NCBI GenBank assembly: GCA_002633005.1
Contig: NMRA01000311.1
Span: forward strand, 135,839-199,838
Length of the DNA stretch: 64,000 nucleotides
Reading direction: 5' to 3'
Source: Phoronis australis
Lineage: Eukaryota; Animalia; Phoronida
Shown here: piece by piece, positions 53,634 to 64,000 of the stretch
Position numbering within the stretch: position 1 is the stretch's first letter
Layout: each line of letters opens with the position of its first letter
Made by a program: the position numbers and the translations under genes
The notes under the pieces: generated by a model
Seen by the model: the letters and a program-made list of their open reading frames with translations, nothing else
What the model was told of the DNA's origin: nothing
The model's database searches: none

Positions 53634-53723
53634 CTGAGCTGCCACTTTACCCTTGCCCATCTTAAGATCATTTCTGATCACAAACACCATCTTGTAGTCA
53701 CCAGTGTCACTGAATACACCACT
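53634..53723 (-). CDS. PTRH2: PTRH2 exon 2
   Basis: tttgcag|[30 protein letters not shown]|gtgaga; contains the PTH2 signature [14 protein letters not shown]. Confidence 0.95.
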
Positions 53724-53783
53724 CTGCAAATTTAATGATAACATTGATAAATATATAAATCTTAATCCAGCATGGAAATGCAC

Positions 53784-54141
53784 ATCGCAAACATTTCTAA
53801 GTCTGGTCAGCATGCCACCTGTGTCTACATCTCGTGACCTAATCTGGGACTCAAATCTGGGACCTTCTGCTAACTTAGCAGGCGCTCTAGTCCACTGAGC
53901 CATCGGGATCACTAGTCGAATACAGAAATCCAAGGGCGAGATGCCCACTATTAGATCTGATTGGATTTTTGTATACGACTGCTGGTCCCTTTGGCTCAGT
54001 GGACTAAAGCATTGGCACGGTTAGCAAAAGGTCCTGGATTCGAGTCCCAGTTGGGACAGAAATCTTTTCAGACTTATATTCATTTGGTCACATGATGTGG
54101 TGACAGGTGGCGTGCTGACCAAACTTAGAAATGTTAGCGAT
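53784..54141. mobile_element. Palindromic element made of two divergent tRNA-Thr-derived (SINE-like) arms
   Basis: Arms 53784-53933 (minus) and 53961-54141 (plus) align over about 150 bp. Each has the A-box TGGCTCAGTGG, a B-box-like GATT(C/T)GAGTCCC, and AGT or GGT at the anticodon position. Confidence 0.75.
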
Positions 54142-55644
54142 AACACTTGTGAGTTGGAAGCAAATTGTTGCAAATAACTACAAATACGGTTGAAGTTAAC
54201 ATCAGCTTTTGCTGATTTCATCGTCTTCAGTCTTCTCATAATTTCTGAAGAACAATTTCTCTCATGTTGGTACACAATACGATCGCTCGTGTTGTTATTC
54301 AATATAACTTCAACCGTACCAGAGACATGACATCTAGCAATACATCATTCTTTTTACAGTAGAACTTACCAGCATGCAGCAAGGAATATGCAAGGAAATG
54401 AGATTTACTTAACTTAAACTTTCACTGGTCAGCTTTAGAACCAAAAATCTTTAACAAAATGCAAAGTGAAGCACCACTCCTATCAATGTGCTCAGAGTCA
54501 TATGTAAACGTCATGTACCAGGAGGGCACCAGTCTCACTTGAAGCATGCAATGTTGACAGGTGGCAGCACAGGTGGGGGTACCTGTCTACAACTGAGTTT
54601 GGGTGAATTCCTCTTGCAATTTTTCATTGAACAATTTTCACAGGGACTCCTTCAGGAGAAGTCACGTGTCACAGTGGTGATGTCATTTCTAGTGAGTGCC
54701 AGTATGAGACGTAGGATAAAAAAACCTCAGTTGTCAGCTAAATTGGTTCTAAGCCAAATGGTTTGAATCTATGCCCATCAATTTAAATTCGATTCCCTTA
54801 CTAAAAAACACTTCTGTTTCCTGGTGATAACTTTCATTTGGGAAGTGACCCAGGAGAATTATCAACCCTGGCACCTGTGAGTCACTAACTAAAAGCTAGT
54901 AATGTAGGTTGGTGGAACAACTACATACAATTGGTAACTGATCTGTTGTGTGCCCCGTTCACTACATATCTACCCATGGACAAGGCGATGACGTATCCTA
55001 ATCCATCCTGTATGCCAGGAGGTTTTCTTTAATTTACGCTTAACCCTGCCCCTGGCTAAACCATACCAGTCACATTGCTGTGTGTATTCCTTTAGAGTAG
55101 AGACAGTTGCAATCACCATTTCTTTCCGAATAGTTCTTCATTCTGAGACAAAAACTGAAGACTGAGCAGTCAGTGTGCTCAAGGTTAAACAGAAATGTAG
55201 AAGGTTGCATGGGGAGTCACCCGTCCTCTAGCCACGCGCTGAGGGGCGGAAGCACCAATGAGGGGACCTGTTCACCTGTGACTTTCATTACAAAACATAT
55301 ATAGATGTCCAGGTCCACAAGGGGCAAATGTCCACTGCAACAACCAAAAATACCTTGACGACACGTTCTGGTTGTGTCGGTGAAAAACAAGAAACAGAAA
55401 ATAGGGTAAGGTAAAGCATGAAAATAATACATCAACTTTGCAGTGTATGTCTCAAAACCCAACATTTTAATGGTGAGGTGGGATGCGGGACAAAGCTCCA
55501 AAAAGTGGGACGATCCCACCAAAAGCCAGGCAGTGCTAGTCTGCTAGTCAAAAGAGGGACAGTTGGTAATTATGTGATCCACCAAACCGCACACAACACA
55601 TTTCAGATTCAGTCATTTGTTGTACAACGGCACGCTATCAGTAC

Positions 55645-55770
55645 CACTTTGTCAGTCAGATCCTCCGTGACTTTAGCCAAGTGTGAACGCTGCACACGAC
55701 TTCTTAACATCCATCCGATGCATAATCCACAACCAACACCAAAAGCAGTGATTAGATAGTGATTTTCCAT
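55645..55770 (-). CDS. PTRH2: Peptidyl-tRNA hydrolase 2 (mitochondrial/Bit1), exon 1
   Basis: MENHYLITAFGVGCGLCIGWMLRSRVQRSHLAKVTEDLTDKV, with the Gly-rich hydrophobic N-terminal anchor typical of PTH2. Donor GTG|gtactg, phase 0. Confidence 0.8.
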
Positions 55771-55975
55771 GGAAGAGTCACTCAGTCCGAGTGTTCGTGG
55801 TCAAGGATGGACAGAACAGACAGACAAAATTCCTACTCCTGTTAAAGACTTCTCTGATTGGTCCACGTATAACATTAACCAATGAAAACAATTTTAACAA
55901 AATTGCTTCGTTTTACGGGAGGGCGGCGGTCGACAAATTCTTTCAAAACGTATTCTTCTAAATGTCAGTTACAAA
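55771..55975. promoter_or_regulatory. Bidirectional promoter and 5' UTRs shared by PTRH2 and ANAPC7
   Basis: 205 bp between divergent ATGs; opposed CCAAT boxes (ATTGG near 55857, CCAAT near 55879); GC box GGGAGGGCGG near 55917; Inr-like TCAGTT at 55965; CpG retained. Confidence 0.75.
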
Positions 55976-56041
55976 ATGACGTTATTCGAACAGTTGAAGA
56001 AACTATTTGATGCAGAGCTTTACAGCGATATTAGAATTCTG
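55976..56041 (+). CDS. ANAPC7: Anaphase-promoting complex subunit 7, exon 1
   Basis: MTLFEQLKKLFDAELYSDIRIL|gtattg; resembles the recalled APC7 N-terminus; phase 0. Confidence 0.8.
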
Positions 56042-56268
56042 GTATTGTATCATTTCCCCTTTAGATGTCCAAGATACTGATAATCACTGGTAAAACGTTT
56101 AACCGTTTGCAAATACGTAACTACCTTCAGTTGCAATTCGGCAGTTGCCAGTTGGATTACCGACTTGCTTTGCACTGCTTCAAAACTGCTGTCCCTACCA
56201 TTCTTACTAAGCTCTCCAACTTTTCCACTTATGCCTGGAATGCCCCGCTTACTCACACATGTCACACT

Positions 56269-57170
56269 CAGTGGCGGGNNGGGGGGGGGGGGGGTTGCAA
56301 GGTGGCTGAGGCTCCCCCCATAATTCTCTCATATCACATTTGGCGGTAATTGTTTAAAATATGACGACATTGACCTTCACACATGATTTTGGTACCGTTC
56401 GATTCCTCGCAAAGTTATCTTTCCAAAAGTATATGAATTTATCCCCTACTTTGTTTCCTATTTTATCGTCGAATTTGGTTCGCACTGTTTCCCGGTTGAC
56501 ACCGCCATGATAGCTCAACTAAAGATTACAGCGACACCTTTTGTTAATGAATGAAATGGCATCATCGATTCTGAATGGTGTTTGACTGCGCGAGATTCCT
56601 CCTAAAGTTTTCCTGACATGATATGGAGGAACAAGTATCAGCATTTCACCTGTTCCAATTTTTTTTGTAATTGTGACCACGAAATTGTCTGAAGTGATAC
56701 CAGCTTCACCAATATGGACCTCAAAAACAACTTCCGCTTTTTTCGCGGTTTCGTGCTAACAGATGCGTATCAGGGTTACTATAGGATCGAATTCGAACCC
56801 TTGACACCGTAACTCGGGCAGGGGATAGACGAGTCTCGGTCAATTTGACCTTATAAAAAGCGACGATCTATAGAAGTCGGTAGATTAGTTTTTGACCGCC
56901 ATTACTACCGCGTACCGTGAAATAGTGCGAGCAGAAATTTCACGATAAAATATTAAAAAACCAGGTAGGAAGAATTTCTGTGTATTTTTGGAATGATAAC
57001 TTTGCAAGGAATCAAACGATACCAAAATCATGTTTGTAAGTCAATGTCGTCATATTGTAAACAATTACCCATTTGGCAGTTCGGGGGTACAAATGTCTGA
57101 CGGGCAAAATTCTGGCTAATACTCTGCCCTGTCCCCCTCCCCCCAACTCAAAATCCTGGATCCGCCCCAG
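56269..57170. mobile_element. Short hAT-like MITE interrupted by a nested insertion (ANAPC7 intron 1)
   Basis: Ends CAGTGGCGG... and ...aaaatcctGGATCCGCCCCAG; flanks GTCACACT / CTGACACT (6/8 match). Confidence 0.6.
56345..57069. mobile_element. 725-bp non-autonomous element with long TIRs (Merlin- or Mutator-like)
   Basis: About 95-bp imperfect TIRs starting GGTAATTGTTTA; perfect 8-bp TSD CATTTGGC (56337-56344 and 57070-57077). Confidence 0.85.
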
Positions 57171-57584
57171 CTGACACTGCTAGTACTAGTAGTATAACCA
57201 ACAAGTTAGCTGTGTATGGAACTGAAGACTACTTTATTTGATTTTTGTCTGTTTTTATTCATCTAGGTAATGGTCGGATAGGTGGTCCATGATTTAAAAG
57301 TGTTTTGTGAACAAGTTAACCCCACTGAATAATCATTTTTGTCTCTCATTCTTTACTGGATTGGGTGTTGCGGTGCACATATATGATCCAGGTTGTAGAA
57401 TGGCCTAGATCAAATGTCTTGCCTTTTTATGCAATGGTCAAAGACTCAGAACCATGCTCAGAATTGACGCTACCGCAGATTACACTGAGCTTTCTCAAAA
57501 CAGCAGATTTTCATTCCCAGATATCATTTTATGTCCATTGTAGTACCGTACACTTCATGTTCCAAACATCGCTATATACAACTA

Positions 57585-57943
57585 GAGAATTATGACATAT
57601 AGATGGCGCTTGCTATTCGCCCTAGCCGCCATGTTTCTTTTGTCTCTAAGTCCATTGTTTAATTAGCGGTTACGATCATAGAAAATAACTCGCAAGTATT
57701 TCTTCACTGTTTATTGATTACAGCAAACTACGAATGATCGTAACCTGAAAGAACAGAGACAGGGGGTAAATACTAGGTCGCTAACAAGTGACGTGTGATT
57801 ACCACAGGTTAACAATGCTAGAGATGTGCTAAGGCTACAATAAATGAGGGAATCTTACCGCTAATTAAACAATGGACTTAGAGACAAAAGGAACATGGCG
57901 GCTAGGGCGAATAACAAGCGCCATCTATATGTCATCAATTCTC
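57585..57943. mobile_element. MITE with ~85-bp near-perfect TIRs and TA flanks (Tc1/mariner-like)
   Basis: GAGAATT...AATTAGCGGT mirrored by ACCGCTAATT...AATTCTC; TA on both sides. Confidence 0.85.
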
Positions 57944-58014
57944 TAACAACTACAGTAAGACTAGTGGAGGAATGGAGGTCATTCAAAAGGCCTAAACCTT
58001 GTTTATCCCTTTAG

Positions 58015-58137
58015 GCTGAGTTGGTTCTCCCCATGTGTTCTCACAGTGAAGAGATGCTCACCAATAGTGAAAAATACCAGCTGATGGTCTACTATGCTGA
58101 TGCATTGTACCATACGAAGGACTTCAAGAAAGCGGAG
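58015..58137 (+). CDS. ANAPC7: ANAPC7 exon 2
   Basis: tttag|AELVLPMCSHSEEMLTNSEKYQLMVYYADALYHTKDFKKAE|gtactg; matches the APC7 KYQLLVYHADSLFH motif. Confidence 0.9.
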
Positions 58138-58739
58138 GTACTGCTAACATCTAATGTGGAAGGAATTCTGGAATGTGCATTCTTATGACCTAAGAAGCTA
58201 TATTCTATTGTCAAATGGATGCAGTTTTATCTTTTCTAAATGATTGATACTCGGTGCTCAACATATCGCAGCTGTTAACTTTTGGTATATGCCCTACATG
58301 ACTGGTTGTGCAGTGACTATTTTGGTTTGGAAAATGAACACCAATTTTTGACAAAAATAATTGCCATTTTTTACTTTTCAAGGGGCTCTAATCTTGTTGC
58401 TAGTGTCCACCACATTTTCTTCAAAATAATGTGGAAGCTATATGTAGTACACACTAGACCATTTCCGGTAATCTTTTTTGTAAAAATGAGAAAACGAAAT
58501 TGTATTTATTTGCCATATTGAGCCCCAAATTGGCGACATATTTTCCCAACATTCAAACTTTGTGAGAGCTTAAACTTATTGACACGAAAGCTGTGAACTA
58601 TCTACTTCCGTGAAATTATGACATGAAACTCATTTTCACCCGTTCAAGAACTCATGGTTTCTTAACATCATTTTTCACTTCAAGTGTTTTCAACAGTTGT
58701 TCTGCACTAAGCGTAATAGTTGTTCAATATTATTTCCAG

Positions 58740-58808
58740 TGCTTCTACAGAAAGGCATTACACGTGAGGAAAGAAATTAACAAAATGCGCGGGAAGCAAA
58801 TGCCTTCT
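58740..58808 (+). CDS. ANAPC7: ANAPC7 exon 3
   Basis: ttccag|CFYRKALHVRKEINKMRGKQMPS|gtgagt; phase 0/0. Confidence 0.85.
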
Positions 58809-58809
58809 G

Positions 58810-58899
58810 TGAGTATTGGTTGCAGTGTGTGCGGTCATACAGTACAAGACAAAATGAGTATTGGTTGCAGTGTGTGCGGTCATACAGTACAAGACAAAA
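58810..58899. repeat. 45-bp tandem duplication starting inside the ANAPC7 exon-3 donor
   Basis: tgagtattggttgcagtgtgtgcggtcatacagtacaagacaaaa x2, exact. Confidence 0.95.
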
Positions 58900-59661
58900 G
58901 CAATCAGACAAAATAACCTTATCGCTTTCTTAACCCAGAATTCTGTTGACAGCAAAAGTGACTGGTAATAACTATTAGGATGGGAAAATTCTAATTACAA
59001 AATGACTCGGCCACTTTACTAACTTTCCTGTTAGTTCGTCTTCATTCTCAGTTATGAGGAAAGACTACTCTGACGAGGAATTTGTCTTCTTCCCAGCTGC
59101 ATGATGGGAGATTATGAACCATTTTGTCACAATACTTTTGGCTTGTGCCCAGCTGCATGATGGGAGATTATGAACCATTTTGTCACAATACTTTTGGCTT
59201 GTGCCCAGCTGCATCATGGGAGATTATGAACCATTTTGTCACAATACTTTTGGCTTGTGCCCAGCTGCATGATGGGAGATTGTGAACCATTTTGTCAGAA
59301 TACTTTTGGCTTGTGCCCAGCTGCATGATGGGAGATTGTGAACCATTTTGTCAGAATACTTTTGGCTTCTGCCCAGCTAGTCATGATAGGAGATTCTGAA
59401 CCATTTTGTCAGAATACTTTTGGCTTCTGCCCAGCTTGTCATGATAGGAGATTATGAACCATTTTGTCAGAATACTTTTGGCTTCTGCCCAGCTAGTCAT
59501 GATAGGAGATTATGAACCATTTTGTCAGAATACTTTTGGCTTCTGCCCAGCTAGTCATGATAGGAGATTCTGAACCATTTTGTCAGAATACTTTTGGCTT
59601 CTGCCCAGCTAGTCATGATAGGAGATTCTGAACCATTTTGTCAGAATACTTTTGGCTTGTG
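58886..59661 (+). mobile_element. Copy of the 13135-14198 repeat family carrying a 56/58-bp minisatellite
   Basis: Collinear with 13135-13330 and with the reverse complement of 13855-14198; a small reverse fragment also lies at about 61700-61740. Confidence 0.65.
59092..59661. repeat. Minisatellite, 5 x 56 bp plus 5 x 58 bp
   Basis: Unit cccagctgcatgatgggagattatgaaccattttgtcacaatacttttggcttgtg, with variants ordered along the array. Confidence 0.97.
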
Positions 59662-60494
59662 CTACATACTTGATTGACTGCAGCATCTGTTTTATATTAC
59701 GAAAATTCACTTATTTTGCTCAGAAATAATTGTCAAAGTTGTTTAAATATTTTCTATTTTTGCTGAACATAACGTGGACTTTGCCAACTGTTGTTTTATG
59801 ACGTCTCAACTGCACAAACCAAGCTAACAACAGACTAAAATTTTCTTAATCTTTATTTTTGTTGAGAAATTTGATGAAAAATATTCACTTGTGTCCCACG
59901 TTGCGTGCTAGATAGATGGAGAAGTGGAATCAGCTATATTGTAAGGAGAATCATTTGATTGTGACGACTAAAATTGATCTAGTTTCTGTTCCATTGTGTA
60001 TTCCATTGAGCATCATGGTGTTTTAAGAAACTATTTGCTATCTGTCCATGTGAATAAGAGACACAATATTTACCGATGAAGAAAAGAATGTAGACGGTCT
60101 AATGTCTTTTGCTGTGCATCAGACGTCCGCATGCCTCATGGTGAGGGTCCATGGGGTGAAACACCCGCGTACGATATTTACTAGGTCTGCTTGTAGTGAA
60201 GAACACGGTACTATTTTTATTATCTGGTTAGAATAGAATTGATGTCTGTATAAGTTGGCAGCAAACTTTTATTAATACAAGTACAGTTGAGAACAACACT
60301 TGCTTCTGAAAATTCTAACAAATTCTTGGAAGCTAGAATCAGTAGAAAGCAGTGTTGTCTTCAATCGTACACAGTACCAGACTAAGTGTTGTCTTCAATC
60401 TAGTACAGTACTTGTACTAGTCTTGAGTAGAATGAGAAGGTGAAGCTGTTTGAATATTGTGGAAATATTCAGAGGGTCTGTTGTGACTTCCTGA

Positions 60495-60792
60495 AACAAC
60501 TGTTTCATTAGCACCTTCTAGTGTGGCTGGTAGGACCAGAACAATTGTTTCGTTAGCACCTTCTAGTATGGCTGGTACGATCAGAACAATCGTCTCACCA
60601 GTACCTTCTAGTATGGCTGGTACAATCAGAACAATCTTTTCACTAGTACCTTCTAGTATGGCTGGTACGATCAGAACAATCGTTTCCCCAGCACCTTCTA
60701 GTATGGCTGGTACGATCAGAACAATCGTTTCACCAACACCTTCTAGTATGGGTGGTACGATCAGAACTATTGTTTCATTAGCACCTTGTAGT
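60495..60792. repeat. Minisatellite, 45-bp unit x ~6.5
   Basis: Unit agaacaatcgtttcaccagcaccttctagtatggctggtacgatc. Confidence 0.95.
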
Positions 60793-61195
60793 AAACTGAG
60801 CTTCCCATTTAATGTAATTTTTTCTTCATTTTTCTAGAGATGTTGTGATTATTCTTCAACTATTTACTAAATTAATTTAACATTACAGCATGTCAGAAAA
60901 ATCTGTTGAACTTCTTAACAAATGATTTTCAAAATGTTAATCTATTATTAGCTTGATCTGCTATGTGTAGATGTCTCAAAAGAACATTTGGTAGCATTTC
61001 TATTATTTGCCACAAAGTAATCAGTCTTTGAAAAATAGAAACAAACTGGTAAGTATTGTTGTGCGAAATCAGTGAAGAATTATTGTACATCTCTTGAAGA
61101 TATGCATGGCAAAGATGAAAGGAAAAACAGTTTATCAGAGTTGACTATACACCAAATGTAACAATGTAATATGCTAATGATCTCTTACTTGTCAG

Positions 61196-61279
61196 GACCT
61201 GATATCTGATGTCGAAGTCAAGTTCAAGATTCACCTGTGTCACAAAGCTTTGAAACAGTGGCGAGAGGCGATCTCAGTG
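61196..61279 (+). CDS. ANAPC7: ANAPC7 exon 4
   Basis: tgtcag|DLISDVEVKFKIHLCHKALKQWREAISV|gtaagt; matches APC7 SEIEVKYK...C...LKQ..DAI. Confidence 0.9.
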
Positions 61280-61908
61280 GTAAGTTTCAATGAACTAACT
61301 AAGGATCAGCTCTGAAGGTCAAAAATTGCAAAGCCAAACTGTCTAGAATAAATCAAGTTTGTGATCACCAATATGACTGGATTAGTAATCTTCAAATTGT
61401 AGTCGGTGCATGGTGTAGGTGCTTGAAATTAGCAACTGTAACTTTGAAAGTCTCTCGCAGGCTTGCCGCACTAATTAGGTTCTGCTAAATTTGCAAACTT
61501 CACACTAACTTGTATATATCAAGGCATTGATTATGAATGATTCCATTGAAGCTATCAATAAACTCCATTTTGGTGTTATGTGTAATTAGGAAATTCTTGC
61601 CATATTAAAGAACTCAAACAAAAACAAGTCAAAAGTATTAAGACAAAATGACTCAAGATTCCTTGCCAAATTCATCGTTGGAACGATTTCCCTTCATGAC
61701 CCAGAATGAAGGGGAATTAACTGGAAAGTTAGTAAGATAGTGAAGTTGCTCTGCAATTATGTTAATACTCATCATTTTTGCCGTTTAATCAAATTAGCTG
61801 TCATGGAGATATGGTATTTAAATGTTATTTCATCTCATAATGAACCAAAACAATGTTTCCAACCACTGTACGTGACGTTTTTAATAACTATGTTCTGTAT
61901 CTTTACAG

Positions 61909-62024
61909 CTGGAGTCTATCAACAGCAAACAGAGGACTGCTCGGGTAAACATGGCTTTGGCTACCTTATATCAACAGATAGGCAATGACCGATCATCTGT
62001 TACTTGTTACAAAGAAGTTCTCAG
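61909..62024 (+). CDS. ANAPC7: ANAPC7 exon 5
   Basis: ttacag|LESINSKQRTARVNMALATLYQQIGNDRSSVTCYKEVL(R)|gtaagg; TPR segment with QRT..NM.LA.LY and YKEVLR. Confidence 0.93.
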
Positions 62025-62586
62025 GTAAGGGGGGGGGGCTAGAAACGTGTGTTCGATCAAAGAAACTTGATTTGGACCACATGCTGTACAGTTATACTTA
62101 TCTCGGTGAATAGTTGAGAAGTAGTTTCCGTGTTTTTTTAAAAACTGACTGTTGTTTATTGCTTGAGACCATGTACATAAAGTGACCCACCATTACAAGA
62201 CAACTTGTAAAGCCTGCTCTAAACCAACAACAGTTGTCAGTTCTTTCAAAGTCCTGAAATCACCTCTAATTTAATTATGGAAGGAACCATCTGAGATCAA
62301 TTTAACTAAACAGTCTAAATCCAACGTGTTTGATTGAAGGCTGGTAAATGCTAATCAATATTAATCGAATCATTGAAGTGTATGTGCTAATCTTTGGACT
62401 TGACGTTTTAAGGTTTTTACAGTCTAGATTGAATCATATTATGAATCATGTTTGATTTTAATTTTAATCTTGTTATTGAGCTGGTGTACAGCTAATATTT
62501 CAAGTGCACTTATCAACGTTATCAAAGTATTTGTTCTGAGGATGAACTAATGGAATTTGTTGAACATGTTTTTGTATCTGTTGCAG

Positions 62587-62691
62587 GGAATGTCCTTTGG
62601 CTGTGGATGCCATGAGGGGATTATTGAGTCTTGGCATTAAAGGTGCGGATGTCTCCTCCCTTGTATCTCACTCCGCTGGACATACGGAATG
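62587..62691 (+). CDS. ANAPC7: ANAPC7 exon 6
   Basis: ttgcag|(R)ECPLAVDAMRGLLSLGIKGADVSSLVSHSAGHTE(W)|gtaggg; matches CPLALDAILGLLSL.VKGAEV. Confidence 0.93.
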
Positions 62692-63532
62692 GTAGGGTCT
62701 CCTTTATATATGAATTCTTTAGTAATGTCTATAATAGCTTAGCCTGCTGCTGGGACTGTTTTTGTCATAGAACAGACTTGTGAGCTCATTCACATGAATA
62801 AAGAGCAGTACACTGTGCTCCACCGAGGTTGAAAACATTTCTTGATGTCAAGATGGCAACATTTAAAGTAATTCTTCACATACTCAACACACAGTATGGC
62901 GGACAAGTAAAATTTCAGTATCTGATGAGGATATTTTCGTGAACAGCGTCACCTGGTATGGTCTCTCTCCTGGCGGTTGTTCATGCATTTGCAGGGTAGG
63001 TCCATTCAAGACCATTTTTACACCAACGTGGCTTGAAAATAACTGGGAAGGAAATAGCTGTAGATAATACCAATATTAACTATGCAGAAAATTACCCATT
63101 TTGGTTGAAGATTTTGGAGTCTCTGTGTATCTGTTTCGAAAAACCTGTGCTGAAGGTGCAACTCACAAGAGTTTACTGCACGCTGGGTTCTCTCAGCCAG
63201 GGGCTTGTAGGCTTCCCGCTGTGTTGTATACAGATCCACTGTATGTACGCTTATCTACCTGCTGTCACAGTTGATTTCATTTCAAGCACGTTCATTTTAC
63301 TCTGAGTCTGATGAGGCAACATGGACAACAATGACTTTCGGATGGATCCGGCGAATGCTGTGCCTCCTTTTGGCAATTGCATTTTTTCCATTTTCCTTTG
63401 TTTTCTTGAAGTACATTGATGGATTTTTATGAAATTTGGTAAATAACTTTCTATTGAAGAATTGACAAAATGTTCCTGTTTTCAGATGGATTCGACGTGT
63501 TTTGTGCCATCTACAATTTTCATGTTTTTCAG

Positions 63533-63620
63533 GTTGTCATTGTGGATCAGAGCCAAGGCTAATACTTCGGCACGAGACTACACCAGTGCAATAAGTGCAC
63601 TGCGAAATCTCAACTCTAAG
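63533..63620 (+). CDS. ANAPC7: ANAPC7 exon 7 (gene continues beyond the window)
   Basis: tttcag|(W)LSLWIRAKANTSARDYTSAISALRNLNSK|gtctgt; matches WLSVWIKA.A. Confidence 0.88.
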
Positions 63621-64000
63621 GTCTGTCATTTACTTTAAATCTTTTTGCCCTTGTAAAGAGGGGAAGCCAACATCCTGTTATTGTGTTCGGTAGACATGAG
63701 ATGTCTGGGGAAATTTCGACGTCTACAAAATTTACGTCATTGTTCCATAGCTGTATTTTGATGCTGCTTTTTATACAGCTTGCTGGCTGGCTGGGCTCAG
63801 GCCTCTTCGTGTAGATTGTTTTGTATCTGGGTAATAGTAATTTCCTCTTTTTTGTCATCAGTCATTCCAAACTCAGTTTGTGCTACTCAAATGCTAACTG
63901 TTGTGGACCATTCAGAGTTTAACTTAGTAGTTGGGAAATGAACACACTAAGGTGTTACGTAGATTGGCTATTCAGTGGCAGTGTGACTTGCCAGTCATTA

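Noticed and set aside
53985-54058. Functional tRNA-Thr gene
   Set aside because: Mismatched acceptor and anticodon stems, non-canonical anticodon loop, and part of a larger repeated arm; treated as a tRNA-derived repeat.
59092-59661. Regular array resembling CRISPR
   Set aside because: Head-to-tail repeats without unique spacers, in a eukaryotic intron, with no cas genes.
60523-60837. 104-aa repetitive ORF (MAGTIRTIVSP...)
   Set aside because: By-product of a 45-bp minisatellite in ANAPC7 intron 3; the APC7 exons join in frame without it.

Overview
AT-rich invertebrate animal genomic DNA, probably a protostome or non-vertebrate deuterostome; the taxon cannot be fixed from the sequence. Three protein-coding genes can be reconstructed exon by exon with consistent splice phases. 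(1) A two-exon Snail-family C2H2 zinc-finger gene on the minus strand (ATG 45449-45451 plus exon 44192-45199; 336 aa). It has five Snail/Slug-type fingers but no N-terminal SNAG domain, and carries an eh1-like motif (WSIESIL). (2) A complete five-exon PTRH2 (peptidyl-tRNA hydrolase 2) on the minus strand, 48536-55770, 166 aa. (3) The first seven exons of ANAPC7 on the plus strand from 55976, head-to-head with PTRH2 across about 205 bp. The left 34 kb has no long ORF. By eye it is CpG-poor and T/G-skewed on the plus strand, and it contains phase-compatible short exon candidates (21 nt at 1489, 15 nt at 9717, 53 nt at 33688, a terminal exon at 34303). This suggests the last, very long intron(s) of an unidentified plus-strand gene convergent with snail. 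A CpG-rich domain of about 13.5 kb surrounds snail. The window also holds many non-autonomous DNA transposons/MITEs, a palindrome of two tRNA-Thr-like heads, minisatellites and assembly artefacts. Composition statements are visual estimates, and no database searches were run.
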